Shown here: piece after piece, positions 48,551 to 60,600 of the stretch
How the letters are laid out: the number at the start of each line of letters is the position of its first letter
How positions within the stretch are numbered: the stretch's first letter is position 1
Source: Pecten maximus
Lineage: Eukaryota
Direction: 5' to 3'
Assembly (NCBI RefSeq): GCF_902652985.1
Contig: NC_047024.1
Coordinates: 35,216,001-35,280,000, forward strand
DNA: 64,000 bases
Program-made: the position numbers and the translations under genes
Notes under the pieces: generated by a model
Databases searched by the model: none
Told to the model about the DNA's origin: nothing
Seen by the model: the letters and a program-made list of their open reading frames with translations, nothing else

Positions 48551-51500
48551 ATGGCAACTGAGGAAAGCCTGATAGAACTAATGACTGGTGAACAGATAGA
48601 GGAACAAGTTGATGAAGAAGTAACTATTATGACAAAGGTTTTAAAAGACAACACTGAAATGAAGGAATTTGAAATGCGAAAAATGGAAATTGAATTAGAA
48701 AAACAACGCTTAGAATTTGAAAAATTCAAAATAGACCGGGAATTACAGCATCAATTGCGTCTGAAAGAACTTGAACTTGAACTTAATCGTGGCACAACAA
48801 AAACTGAAGCCACAACGAAAATTCCAGTGAAACTTAAATTACAACCATTTAATCATGACAAAGAAGATGTGCTAACATATTTGGATGAATTTGAGTCGGT
48901 ATCCAAGCAAGCAGGATGGGAAGAAGATATCAAAGTCTTACATTTGAAATCCTTACTTGTTGGAGATGCTCGCGAGATTGCTTCTCATTCTAGTAAAACA
49001 TATGAAGATCTACGGAAGGCCTTAATTACACGATTCAGCAAAAGGAGGTCTGATTATTTCGGAATGTTATCTGGTATCCAAAGAAACCACAATGAAACAT
49101 ACCGAGGACTTATGGCACGCATAGATCAATATTTGGCAAGGTTCATCGGAGAGCGTGATACTATTCAGTGTTTTCGAGAAGAGTACTTCTTGAAGGCGTT
49201 GCCAGGAGCACAGTCCCAGTGGATACGTAGAAACCAGGGAACAGGGACGGTGGTAGAGGCTGCAGAGGATTATATAGTACCTCAGAGAGATCAGAATAGG
49301 CGGAGTGCTGGGCATATACCTATGGGATCGGGAGGTACGAATGCCAGTAAAGTGGTTTCACAGGAAATGTCGCGATTTGCTGGCGAGGGCAAGAAGAATG
49401 TGGTGTGCTTTAAGTGTAAGGCACGGGGCCATATTGCCCGGGACTGTCCGAGTAATAAAAGACAAGGAGGACAAAATCAGGCTTCGTATCTTGTTAGGCA
49501 AACAATTGGGGAGCGACTGATTTGTGTGCCAGGTCTTGCAGACGGACAGGAAATAAGCTTTGTCAAGGATACTGGGGCTGATGTGACGTTAATTCGTGAG
49601 GAATTTGTCAAGCCAAGTGCTATCCTTGAAGGACAGTGTATGACGTTATACACGGCGATTGGCCAGCCGTTTCAAGCAAAACGGGCAATCGTGGATCTTG
49701 ACCTTCCATGCTTTAAGGGTCATGCTCAAGTTGGTGTCGTGTCGGACTTGGCTGCTGAAGCTTTACTAGGAATGGATATTCTTGACAGGTCAGTTATGGC
49801 AGTGACAAGGGCACAGTCCAAGCAGCAAGAGGCTGAGGAGCATGTCGTGGAGCGTGAAATGGAGGTAACAAAAGTACTACCTCGAAACATTATGGAAGAA
49901 AGATCGGAGGAAAGGCTGGGTGTTGATGAGCTGTCAACGGTCAACTCAGAGGAACTTTCCAAGTTACAGCGAGAGGATGAGTCGCTGAGTAAAATTAAGG
50001 CGAAGTCCTTGTCGTCAGCTGAGGAAGCTGATGAAGATGATGTTGCTTTTTATTGGGAACATGACATTCTAAGGCGAAAGTGGAGGACTGGAGATGGTAA
50101 AACAGCTGGAAAACAGTTGGTACTTCCCAAATCACTGAGACAAGCTGTCATTAAACTTGCCCATGACAGACCTTTAGCAGGACATCTTGGACAAGAGAAA
50201 ACTAAGCAAAGAATCCTACAATCATTGTATTGGCCTGGAATGTTCTCGGATATAAAAAGTTACTGTCAAACGTGTGATGTGTGTCAAAAAGTGGCTAGAC
50301 GTGACCACCAGAGAGCTCCAATGGTCATTGTGCCAAGAGTTGGACAGCCATTTTGGAAAATTGCTATGGACATTGTCGGACCGTTACCAATGACAAAATC
50401 AAGGAATAGGTTCATCCTAACTGTAGTTGACGATGCAACGCGATATCCTGAGGCATTCCCATTACCTAGCATTGAGGCGGAGAGAATTGCTACAAAACTC
50501 ATGGAAATGTTCAGCCGTGTGGGTATCCCAAATGTTATCTTGACAGATCAAGGTACTAATTTCACCAGCAAGTTACTGACGTACCTCTACAGAAACCTTG
50601 GGATCAAAGGTATCAAAACAACTCCATACCACCCTCAAACAAATGGCACAGTAGAACGGTTTAACGGTACTCTGAAAGCCATGCTAAAGAAGCTGTGCGG
50701 AGGTAATGTCGAGCAATGGGATGAGTTACTGCCCTATACCCTGTTTGCATACCGTGAAGTCCCACATGAGGAAACTGGATTTTCTCCTTTCGAGCTTCTG
50801 TACGGTTGGCCTGTTCGTGGACCTTTACAAGCACTAGAATCAATCATGACAGGAGAAGGAGACACCCCAAGATCTGTGGTGGACCATATAGTAAACATAC
50901 GAGAAAAACTTCAAGATGTCAGTCAGGTGGTTCAAAATAACTTAGCAGAACGGAAGGCCAAGGTCAAAGTATGGTACGACAAAAGGGCAACTGAAAGATC
51001 ATTCAGTCCAGGTGATGAAGTCCTTGTTCTACTCCCAACGGAGAACGCCAAGATGCTAGCACACTGGAAAGGACCATATAGAGTGACTGAAAGGGTCAAC
51101 AATGTCAATTACAAAGTCAACGTCGGAGGTCGCAGAGGAATAGTCACGTATCACGTGAACCTGCTTAAACGGTACTACCGTGCTATGAACATAGTTAGCA
51201 GAGTAGAGGGTGACGATGTTGGTCAGGAGGGGAAAATCTTTCATCCAAATGACTCGGAGGAGACAGTTAAGGATGTTAACGTCAACAAAAACGTAGGCAG
51301 TGACAAAGTGATGGAACTGTGGGCGTTGTGTGCTGATTTTGAGGATGTCTTTACGACAAGGCCAGGGAAGGCAACTGTAGTGGAACATGAGATAAAAACT
51401 ACATCAGAGATTCCCATAACACAACGGCCTTATAGGATTCCATACACTCAGCAGGCTGATGTAAAACAACAACTGGATGAGATGGCTGAGCAAGGCCTAA

Positions 51501-52663
51501 TCATACCGTCAAAGAGTCCATGGAGTTCACCAATAGTTTTGGTCAGAAAACGCGATGGAACGATTAGAATTTGTGTGGACTATCGAAAACTGAACAGCAT
51601 TACAGTGTTTGATGCTTACCCAACTCCCCGCATCGATAACATACTTGAGCAGCTGGGAAATGCTAGATATTTGAGCACTTTGGACTTAACTAAGGGTTAT
51701 TGGCAAGTGCCTCTTTCTGAAAATTCCAGAGAAAAATCTGCATTTATAACGCCGTTTGGACTCTACGAGTTCACCGTCATGCCGTTTGGAATGAAAACAG
51801 CTCCAGCAACTTTTGCACGACTTATGACACAACTACTTCAAGGTCTAAGCCATGTTTTGGCTTATTTTGATGACATCATCATACACTCCAACAGCTGGGA
51901 GGAACATATGCAGGATGTTCAGGCTGTGATGGGGCGACTTAGGGAGTATGGCTTCACTATTCGACCAAGTAAGTGTAGTTTGGGGCAGGAAGAAGTAAGG
52001 TGCCTAGGACACCTTGTTGGAGGTGGCAAAATTCAGGCAGATCCGGACAAAATCAAAGCAATGATTGAATTTCCTTTACCTATCACAAAGAAACAGGTAC
52101 GTGGATTTCTAGGGATGACAGGATATTACAGAAAGTTCATCAAAGATTTTGCTGAGCTGGCAGCACCGCTTACCGACCTTACTAAAAAGGGAGCGCCAAC
52201 AAAGGTAATCTGGAATGAACATGCTACCAAGGCTTTCAAAGACCTAAAGTCTAAAATGGTGTCAACACCAGTGCTGTCAATGCCAAATTTTGAGGAGCAG
52301 TTTGTTCTGCAAACAGACGCCAGTGACATCGCTATTGGCGCTGTTTTGACACAAAAGCAAGCAAGTGAAGAACACCCTGTAGCATACCTTAGCCGGAAGT
52401 TACTGCCGAGGGAAAGGAACTATGCCACGATAGAGAAAGAATGCCTGGCCATAGTTTGGGCGATCGAGTCCGTGGCACATTTTGTAAGTGGTACAAACTT
52501 CGTCGTGGAGACCGACCACAATCCATTAGTGTGGTTAAACCAGGTTCGAGACAAGAACCAGCGCCTATTGAAGTGGGCACTAGCTTTACAGCAATACAAC
52601 TTTTGCGTGAGATACCGTAAAGGAAAGGATAATGCCAATGCAGATGGATTATCACGTATTTAG
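48551..52663 (+). CDS. Gag-Pol polyprotein (Gag, CCHC, protease, integrase, RT, RNase H), 1370 aa
   Basis: CFKCKARGHIARDC knuckle; KDTGAD protease; HDRPLAGH...CDVC and MDIVGP / TDQGTNF / VERFNGTLK integrase; ICVDYRKLN, LDLTKGYWQV, YFDDII RT; QTDASD, EKECLAIVWA, TDHNPL RNase H. Confidence 0.97.
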   Translation: MATEESLIELMTGEQIEEQVDEEVTIMTKVLKDNTEMKEFEMRKMEIELEKQRLEFEKFKIDRELQHQLRLKELELELNRGTTKTEATTKIPVKLKLQPFNHDKEDVLTYLDEFESVSKQAGWEEDIKVLHLKSLLVGDAREIASHSSKTYEDLRKALITRFSKRRSDYFGMLSGIQRNHNETYRGLMARIDQYLARFIGERDTIQCFREEYFLKALPGAQSQWIRRNQGTGTVVEAAEDYIVPQRDQNRRSAGHIPMGSGGTNASKVVSQEMSRFAGEGKKNVVCFKCKARGHIARDCPSNKRQGGQNQASYLVRQTIGERLICVPGLADGQEISFVKDTGADVTLIREEFVKPSAILEGQCMTLYTAIGQPFQAKRAIVDLDLPCFKGHAQVGVVSDLAAEALLGMDILDRSVMAVTRAQSKQQEAEEHVVEREMEVTKVLPRNIMEERSEERLGVDELSTVNSEELSKLQREDESLSKIKAKSLSSAEEADEDDVAFYWEHDILRRKWRTGDGKTAGKQLVLPKSLRQAVIKLAHDRPLAGHLGQEKTKQRILQSLYWPGMFSDIKSYCQTCDVCQKVARRDHQRAPMVIVPRVGQPFWKIAMDIVGPLPMTKSRNRFILTVVDDATRYPEAFPLPSIEAERIATKLMEMFSRVGIPNVILTDQGTNFTSKLLTYLYRNLGIKGIKTTPYHPQTNGTVERFNGTLKAMLKKLCGGNVEQWDELLPYTLFAYREVPHEETGFSPFELLYGWPVRGPLQALESIMTGEGDTPRSVVDHIVNIREKLQDVSQVVQNNLAERKAKVKVWYDKRATERSFSPGDEVLVLLPTENAKMLAHWKGPYRVTERVNNVNYKVNVGGRRGIVTYHVNLLKRYYRAMNIVSRVEGDDVGQEGKIFHPNDSEETVKDVNVNKNVGSDKVMELWALCADFEDVFTTRPGKATVVEHEIKTTSEIPITQRPYRIPYTQQADVKQQLDEMAEQGLIIPSKSPWSSPIVLVRKRDGTIRICVDYRKLNSITVFDAYPTPRIDNILEQLGNARYLSTLDLTKGYWQVPLSENSREKSAFITPFGLYEFTVMPFGMKTAPATFARLMTQLLQGLSHVLAYFDDIIIHSNSWEEHMQDVQAVMGRLREYGFTIRPSKCSLGQEEVRCLGHLVGGGKIQADPDKIKAMIEFPLPITKKQVRGFLGMTGYYRKFIKDFAELAAPLTDLTKKGAPTKVIWNEHATKAFKDLKSKMVSTPVLSMPNFEEQFVLQTDASDIAIGAVLTQKQASEEHPVAYLSRKLLPRERNYATIEKECLAIVWAIESVAHFVSGTNFVVETDHNPLVWLNQVRDKNQRLLKWALALQQYNFCVRYRKGKDNANADGLSRI

Positions 52664-52696
52664 GACTTGGTTAATTTTCAATTAACTCGGTAAATG

Positions 52697-52916
52697 CATT
52701 CAAAATGGACAATAAGTGAATTCAAATTGGACAATAAGTGAATTCAAATTGGACAATAAGTGTATTCAAAAGTGGACAATAAGTGAATTCAAATTGGACA
52801 ATAAGTGTTTTCAAAAGTGGACAATAAGCGAATTCAAATTGGACAATAAGTGTATTCAAATTGGACAATAAGTGCATTCAAATAAGACAATAAGTGTAAT
52901 CAATGTGAACAGTAAG
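52697..52916 (+). repeat. 22-23 bp tandem repeat in the 3' UTR of the LTR element
   Basis: About 10 copies of attcaaattggacaataagtga. Confidence 0.9.
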
Positions 52917-53098
52917 TCTATTTGAGTTGGATATTAAGTAATTTTATTATGGATTTATTTGGATCAGCTTTAAGCGTGAGTATTGTCTACTTCTTCTGTA
53001 TAATCTTTATAATGTAACCGTGTACCGAGTCAACCCATCAGATAGATATCAGTCCTATAAACTTCTCTTGTTATAGAAGTTTATTTTTAGGAGGGAGG

Positions 53099-53524
53099 TG
53101 TTAAAGGTTAGAAATTATAAAAATGTCCGTGTTAGATTAAATACAGGAATTTAATCTTAATGTAACGGTATAGCCAGCAGATGAACTCTGTGTGTAAAAG
53201 TGATGCGGAGACAGTCTCCATATATCAATAGATAACCGGTGGGGTCTGTTGACATCTAATTAGTGTATGCTGGAGAAGTAAGGGGCCTTATCAAATTGAT
53301 GTGGCATGTGCTACGGACCAGTGTACCTCAGAGTTGACCTTCCCAGGACACCAAATTTTTATAAGTAATTAATCTGATAGGAACAGTAAAAACAAACGGT
53401 AGAGCTAAGTTTGGGCAGTCATAGACGAGGGTTGGCTCGGTTACACACCTTGTACTAAACGCTAGTAAAGACGACTGTGGAAAACATATATTAATGTGTT
53501 GATTGTCGTGGGTGTTGTGTAACA
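53099..53524 (+). repeat. 3' LTR (426 bp)
   Basis: Near-identical to the 5' LTR, preceded by the PPT and followed by the TSD GTCAT. Confidence 0.95.
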
Positions 53525-54630
53525 GTCATTAATTTGAACAATTCTGATAGCACTTCATCCCAGCATGCTAAAAGTCCAATATTAGCTCTCTGTGCATTTT
53601 GCTTAGTTAAAAGAAGCCATTTAAAGGTTTTAGCATAGTCCCGTGTGACCTTGAACTAAAATCAAGGTGTGTAACTTGAGAAAACATGCTAAAAACCGCA
53701 TGGTTATCAAGAAGATGCTGTTTAAAGATTTTAGCATATTTGATCCATGTAACCTTGAATGAAGGTGAAGGTCATCCATTTCAACAAACTCGGTAGCCCT
53801 TTATCGAAGCATGCTACAAACCCAATACCAACTCCATGGTCCTGTTGGTTATTAAGAAAAAGTAATTTAAAGATGTTAGCATAATTAACTCTTGTGACCT
53901 TGAACTTCATTCAAGGTCATTTATTTGAACAAACGTGCACATGGCGGCACGTACGTTATCCATGCATGCTACGTACAGACTTAATAACAGGTCTCCGGGC
54001 CACTTAATTGGTTATCAAAAAGAAGCTGTTAACAAAAATAGAATATTTGACCCCTGTGACCTTGAATGAAGGTTAAGGTCATCCATTTGAACAAACTTGG
54101 TAACAAAAAAAAGGCCTTAATTTATCCCTACATATACTATACAGACCTAGCTAATATATATATCAGGTCTCTGGTCCACATGGTTATCAAGAACAAGTCA
54201 TTTAAAGATTTTAGCATATTTGACCCCTATGAGATCATCCTTATGAACGACCTTAATTGATAGCCCTTCATCCTAGAATGCTACAGACTAGATTTCTACC
54301 AAGTCCGTGAGCCTGTTGGTTATTGAGAAGAAGCTGAAAATGTAAATTGTTTACAACGAACGACACATGACGGACAGCGGACAGCGCCGGACAAAAGGCA
54401 ATCGCAATAAGTCAACTGAAACCTCGTCTCCGGTGACCTTAAATGAGAGATAAGTTTTGTTTTGTCCGTTTTTTTCTCCGTGCTGCGAATGTAGTCGATA
54501 AGCCTACTGAATTCAAACTTCCGGTTATATTATCGGTTAGTTTATCCTGATTTTCTGGACCGGCAGGGATTGTTGTTGCAGGTTGAAGTCCACCGGCAAG
54601 TCTGCAGTCTTTAAGATAGTACAATTTACG

Positions 54631-57600
54631 ATGGATGACATTACCGAGAAGTTTTGTAAAGCGTCTACTCTAGTACCAGTAGGGCTGTCAGCTGCAGCTT
54701 TAGGAACGTTTATGTTTCTCAAACGATTCGGGATACTTTATCAGCTCTTTCACAAGGTGCGTCTGTCCACAGGCGTCTGAAGTTCTGACAGTAAACTGAG
54801 ATATAATACCATAGAAAAAATAAGAGTATCTACTATAAAAAAAGAACAGGTATGCAACGCCTCCGATGTCAACAATCACTTAAATCTCTGCAAACGGGAA
54901 AAATATACGATTTACAATATAATTATTGGTATACACAGATGCCGCTAACATTATTTAACACTCGACAAGCATAAACCATTACTCACTGCGTTTAATAAGT
55001 TCTATTTCAGCTAAAAACTTTCTGAGATGGTCTGTCACGTCAACCATGTCGTGAAAATGGCGGACATTGTTATGCAGGTCCGCAGTAAATATCGAGGTAA
55101 TACTTTTTAATCCATGAAAAAATAAGAGTTACCTGCCCTTTATTTTCAAACGTTTTAAAAACTGAGAAACATGTTACACCAGAAGTATTAAAAATGTTTC
55201 AACGACACAGAATATAAATATAAATTGAAAGAATCCATGTGCTTCTAGAGTTCTTTTTTTATTGTCAATATCATGAATTAAAAAGTATTACCTCGATATT
55301 CACTGCGGACCTGCATAACAATGTCCGCCATTTTCACGACATGGTTGACGTGACAGACCATCTCAGAAAGTTTTTAGCTGAAATAGAACTTATTAAACGC
55401 AGTGAGTAATGGTTTATGCTTGTCGAGTGTTAAATAATGTTAGCGGCATCTGTGTATACCAATAATTATATTGTAAATCGTATATTTTTCCCGTTTGCAG
55501 AGATTTAAGTGATTGTTGACATCGGAGGCGTTGCATACCTGTTCTTTTTTTTATAGTAGATACTCTTATTTTTTCTATGGTATTATATCTCAGTTTACTG
55601 TCAGAACTTCAGACGCCTGTGGTCTGTCATTACTGACATTACCAGTATAGGGTTGTAGGCCTAGGTCCAGACGTCTCCTTACAACACATCCGTCATTATG
55701 CACAAAGGCACAATACTATATGATAATTGGTATGCTATGGGTCAGAGCCTATTATATAATATCAACCCATTTATGTTGTAAATAATGTGTCCCTGTTCCT
55801 TGGCTAAATCTATTATGTATTGACTCAGAATGTCCAATAGTTATAGAAGTATCAGACTGACTTACAAAACAACACACCTCCCAATGCTGTACTACCTCTA
55901 GCTAGCGTGAATTCGAATTTTACCTTTATCCTACTGGTAAAGGATGAACGTTCTGTCAGACAGAGGTCGCTAGCTCGAGCCCCAGGGCGGACAGGACATT
56001 TTCATTACTGCTTCGTTCCTTCCTTTTAGATTACAGATTTGGTGTCGTTGACCAATCAAAGTGTAAGATATATGTGATTAAGAGGCTCCCTAATAGCCAA
56101 AGATACGGGGTTGTTGTTGTCTTAAGATACAAAAAAAAGAAGGAGTGAGTACAAGTGCAAAAGTGGAGAGTATAAATCTCCTTATAATTAGCAGTACGTA
56201 CTGCATAGCGGGAGTTTCCCTTTAGCCTTAAGTTGTAGGATGTCCCTTGCATGGATAGTGAGAGCTAGGTTGCTCGTACACTTTTTTTTTTATTTCTCTT
56301 TTCTATTACACATATTGGGGATAGATAGTAAGAACTGAAGCTTTATTCAGCTGTTGTTATAAAATGAGTCTCACAGATTAAGTGTTACATTAAAAAAATA
56401 TACAGGGGGAGCCTAGTCCAATGGAGTCCTCAATTTCCTATATGAAATTCTCCAAGTTCGAGCATCCTCTGATTCTCTATTGTCTGTTGGTGTAAAATAT
56501 GATGTCTTGACAGTGGAAAAGAATCTATAAAACATTAAAAGAACCATGTAATTTAAAAAGAACCCCTTTGATCAAGTACAAATCCTGTGTTAAAATTTTT
56601 AAAAATTGGCAAGAAAATATCTTGATCATTTATCAATCTGGTTTGATAAATCAGCTTGATGACGTAAGGAACACCATCATGATGATTATATTGTATTTAA
56701 CTGAAATGAAATGGGCTGGCTGCCATGTGTTAGTGTGTGGATGTCAAGAGTTGAAGTCCTGGTCTGGTTGTTGCATTTCTATAGGCCCATCAAAATTTGA
56801 CGAAAGTATCTGTCTGGCATAAACTTTTGTATGGATAACTTCTACATGATTCAATTGATCTCTTTGAGACTTGGTAAACTTTATAATCATTGTAGTTGTT
56901 TTACCAGGGCCGCGGTGGCCGAGTGGTTAAGGTGTCCTGACACTTCATCACTAGCCCTCCACCTCTGGGTTGCGAGTTCAAAACCTTTCCAGGTACTGAC
57001 CTTAGGCCGGTGGTTTTTCTCCAGATACTCCGGCTTTCCTCAACCTCCAAAACCTGGCACGTCCTTAAATGACCCTCGCTGTTAATAGGGCGTTAAACAA
57101 AAACAAACAAAGTAGTTGTTTTACCAGGAGTGGCACAGTTTAATTCTTAAATTTTTGCAGAAGTTATTTGACTTTAATTTATTTCTATATTTTCTTTTGT
57201 CTTCTGATTTTCTCTCACATTCTTCATCTGACATCTTTGAAACTTTGAAGTCTTTATAATAATGAATGATGATGATATGTAGCTGTGTTTTTCTATGCAG
57301 CGTTTTGATTCAGATATTTTTTCAGTATTTGAATTTTGTCTTGATCGAGATCTACATTTTTCATCCAATTTTTTTGAAACTTGGAAGGTTTAATAATCAT
57401 GATATGTAGTTGACATGTCTCTTGAGCTCTTCAGTTTTCAACTAGTTTCTTTCAATCTTTGTACATTTTGATATGATATGAAATTTACTTTCTTGGTGAC
57501 ATTTTGATTAGAATATTGATGTTTTATTTCTTTATTTGTTCATGTAATTCAGTTGGATACAATAATGCATTTCGCTTTTGCGTTTATTGTTCTGCCCTGC

Positions 57601-60600
57601 GATATTTTTGTTTCTGTAATATTTCATTTAAATGTGAGTGTATACCTAAATGCTTATATGTTAAATGGACATTTGCTTTTTATTGAAGGTTGACAAAAAC
57701 ATCAAACGGAATGGTGGTGATGTAGTTGGGGATGTTTTAAAGGTAATTAACATTTACAAGACATAAATTAAATACATTTTTTCTTTTGAGATGTTTTGCA
57801 GTGGCTTGCTATTGATATTAACTCGTGTGCAAGACAAATTTCATAAATTTTAAATCAGTGAATTTATTTTATTATGTTGATGTTGAAAAATTAGTAATGT
57901 TAAAATGTATATGATGACCAACATTGTCATGTTACTTGATTAAGTGTATACATACAATATTAGCATGATTGAACTATCATCACCATTGTACAATTGCTTT
58001 TGTTAGTGAAGGAGTGAGACTACGTTTGCAAGGTAACACTTACAATGACACCACATGACATTAAAATCATATGTAATCGATTTGCGTATTGTATGAAGCA
58101 ATTACGAAAAGCCAGTGGTGGACATAGTGTAAAAGTTTTTCAAGACAAGTTTTTCAAGACAAGTTTTTCAAGACTTATTCAATTAAAAAATCATTATTTT
58201 CTCCTTTTCATATTTGTGATTTCAAAAGATTTTTTAATGCTGTTTGTTATCTAGAAAAAGAAGTACCCAGGTAACCAAAATGGACAAAATAAAATACAAG
58301 AATATTTATTTAAAGTTACATGTTATGAACAACAACTCTGAAAAGCTATTATCACAGCAATGGAAATAGGAGATGATACTGACTTAATAAGAACTGTTTC
58401 TATATATCTTCAATCTGGGTTCTGTATGGTTATAAGTAAAGGTGTGAGCAGTGCTAGTGGGTATGTGTACAAGTAAAGGGTAGACAATTAAACATGCATG
58501 TGTGACACATGTTCTCTATGCTTTAGGCTCATGGAGTGAAGTATGTGTTTACTTTGGTTGGAGGACACATATCTCCAATACTAGTGGCCTGTGAAAAAAT
58601 TGGAATCCGTGTGGTGGACACTAGACATGAGGTAAGTTGTACCTGTCATTTTTACTTGATGGTCCTTGATGACTGATACCTGATTCAAAATTCTGTTCCA
58701 ACATACAAAATCTCATTTAATGTAGTACTTTTGATTTGTTCTTTTTGATTTCATACAATTCTAAAGTTTATTAACATCTTTAGAAAGTGAAAAAAAACTC
58801 TTACTGACAGAGTTTGTAATGTTTGTATCCAGGTTACAGCTGTATTTGCTGCCGATGCTGTGGCCAGAATGTCGGGGACAGTGGGTGTGGCTGCTGTCAC
58901 TGCAGGACCAGGTAAGTCATCTTTACAGACAACCACTGTCACTACAGGACCAGGTAAGTCATCTTTACATACAACCACTGTCACCACAGGACCAGGTAAG
59001 TCATCTTTATAGACAACCTCTGTCACCACAGGACCAGGTAAGTCTTCTTTACAGACAACCACTGTCACAACAGGACCAGGTAAGTCATCTTTACAGACAA
59101 CCACTGTCACTGCAGGACCAGGTAAGTCATCTTTACAGACAACCACTGTCACCACAGGACCAGGTAAGTCTTCTTTACAGACAACCACTGTCACCACAGG
59201 ACCAGGTAAGTCTTCTTTACAGACAACCACTGTCACAACAGGACCAGGTAAGTCATCTTTACAGACAACCATCTTTGGTCTGTCATGATATTTTCCTTAA
59301 TAGTTTTTTAAGATGAATCTGTTGATTTATTAATTTGTTTACCAGTTTTTATATTTTGTATGTAGATAATATGTATCCTATTATACTGGGTATGTGTCTT
59401 ATCATCCTTGTTATATTGATTGTGTCCACAGGACTTACCAACACTGTGACAGCTGTGAAGAATGCTCAGATGGCAGAGTCTCCAGTACTGTTGATAGGTG
59501 GGGCTGCTGCGACACTTCTCAAGGTACAGCAAAGATTTTTACTCTAATATTAGACATGATGACATCTGCCCATATTACCTTTCAGAAAATAGAAAAGTTA
59601 ACTTATTTATGAGTGTCAGTATGCCTGGTGTTTTTGTTGTCCCTTCTCTGGTTTTCCTTTTGGATTAATCTAGATTATTTGGACTGTAGGTTTCTTCTGT
59701 TGGTCGTTGGTCTTGTAGGTATGTATGTATGAATGCAACACCAAAGTTTGTCAGCAATCTAGGGTTTTCATTTTCTTGAGAGGTTTTTATCAAAATTTCC
59801 ACAATGAAAAAGGTCCATAAATCTCTGACAAGTTCATGTTTCAGCGTTTTTTGGGTCCAGGTCAAGATCACTGGTACAATTTTTAGTGGGGGCCAGTATG
59901 GGACATGTCTTGCTTTAGCAATATGCAATTTGCTTGTTTCTTAATTGTATGTGTGTGAAAACTTAAGAGGTTAGTAGTAGGTAGAAAAAACATGTAAAGT
60001 CAAACATGAATCCTCCTGGTCATAAGTCTCAGAATTTGTATACTTGTTTGAAATTTATTCTAGGGAAGGGGAGCACTACAGGATATTGACCAGATGTCAC
60101 TGTTCAAGCCGCTGTGTAAATACTGTGCAACTGTTACTAAAATCAGGGACATTGCTCCCACACTACAGAAAGCTCTACAGATAGCCCAGTCTGGAACTCC
60201 AGGTAAGGTCAAGGTCACAGACATTGTCTCCTTAGTACACAAAGTCTACAGATAGCCAAGTCTGGAAATTCTGGTAAAGTCAAGGTCATTATCTCTTCAG
60301 CACAGGAGACCCTACAAATAGCCTAGTCAGGAACTCCAGGTAAGGTCAATGTCAAGGGCATTGTCTCCTTAGTACAGGAAACCATACAAATAGCCTGGTC
60401 TGGAACTACAGTCAAGGTCAGTTCAGGGATATTGTACCAGTATTGAAGTCCAGGTACTGTATGTCTGGTAAGGAAATACAGCTATTGGGTTAAATTTTGT
60501 CCAATCTTGAACAGCAAATAAAGCCACTGTCAGATCCAGTCTGCAATGAAAGATTGGTCTATGCAGTCAAATAAAGCAAACATAAAGTAAGTTTTATATC

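Larger units (their letters stand above)
47936..53524 (+). mobile_element. Full-length Gmr1-like Ty3/gypsy LTR retrotransposon
   Basis: LTRs 47936-48362 and 53099-53524 (TG...CA), TSD GTCAT at 47931-47935 and 53525-53529, PBS 48366-48383, PPT aggagggagg 53089-53098, single intact ORF. Confidence 0.97.
47701..54443 (+). mobile_element. Helentron-like HINE split by the LTR element (47701-47935 and 53530-54443)
   Basis: Starts aaacaagaggcccatgtgccttaccggtcacctgagt; tandem gaccttgaatgaaggtcaaggtc units on both sides of the insertion; (ggacag)n tract and terminal hairpin remnant near 54370-54443. Confidence 0.75.

Noticed and set aside
52697-52916. CRISPR-like short repeats
   Set aside because: No unique spacers; eukaryotic retrotransposon UTR.
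56907-56990. tRNA gene
   Set aside because: No complete cloverleaf; followed by SINE core, tail and TSD.
58751-59316. 173-aa and 165-aa repetitive ORFs
   Set aside because: Alternative frames of the 42-bp intronic repeat in ILVBL.
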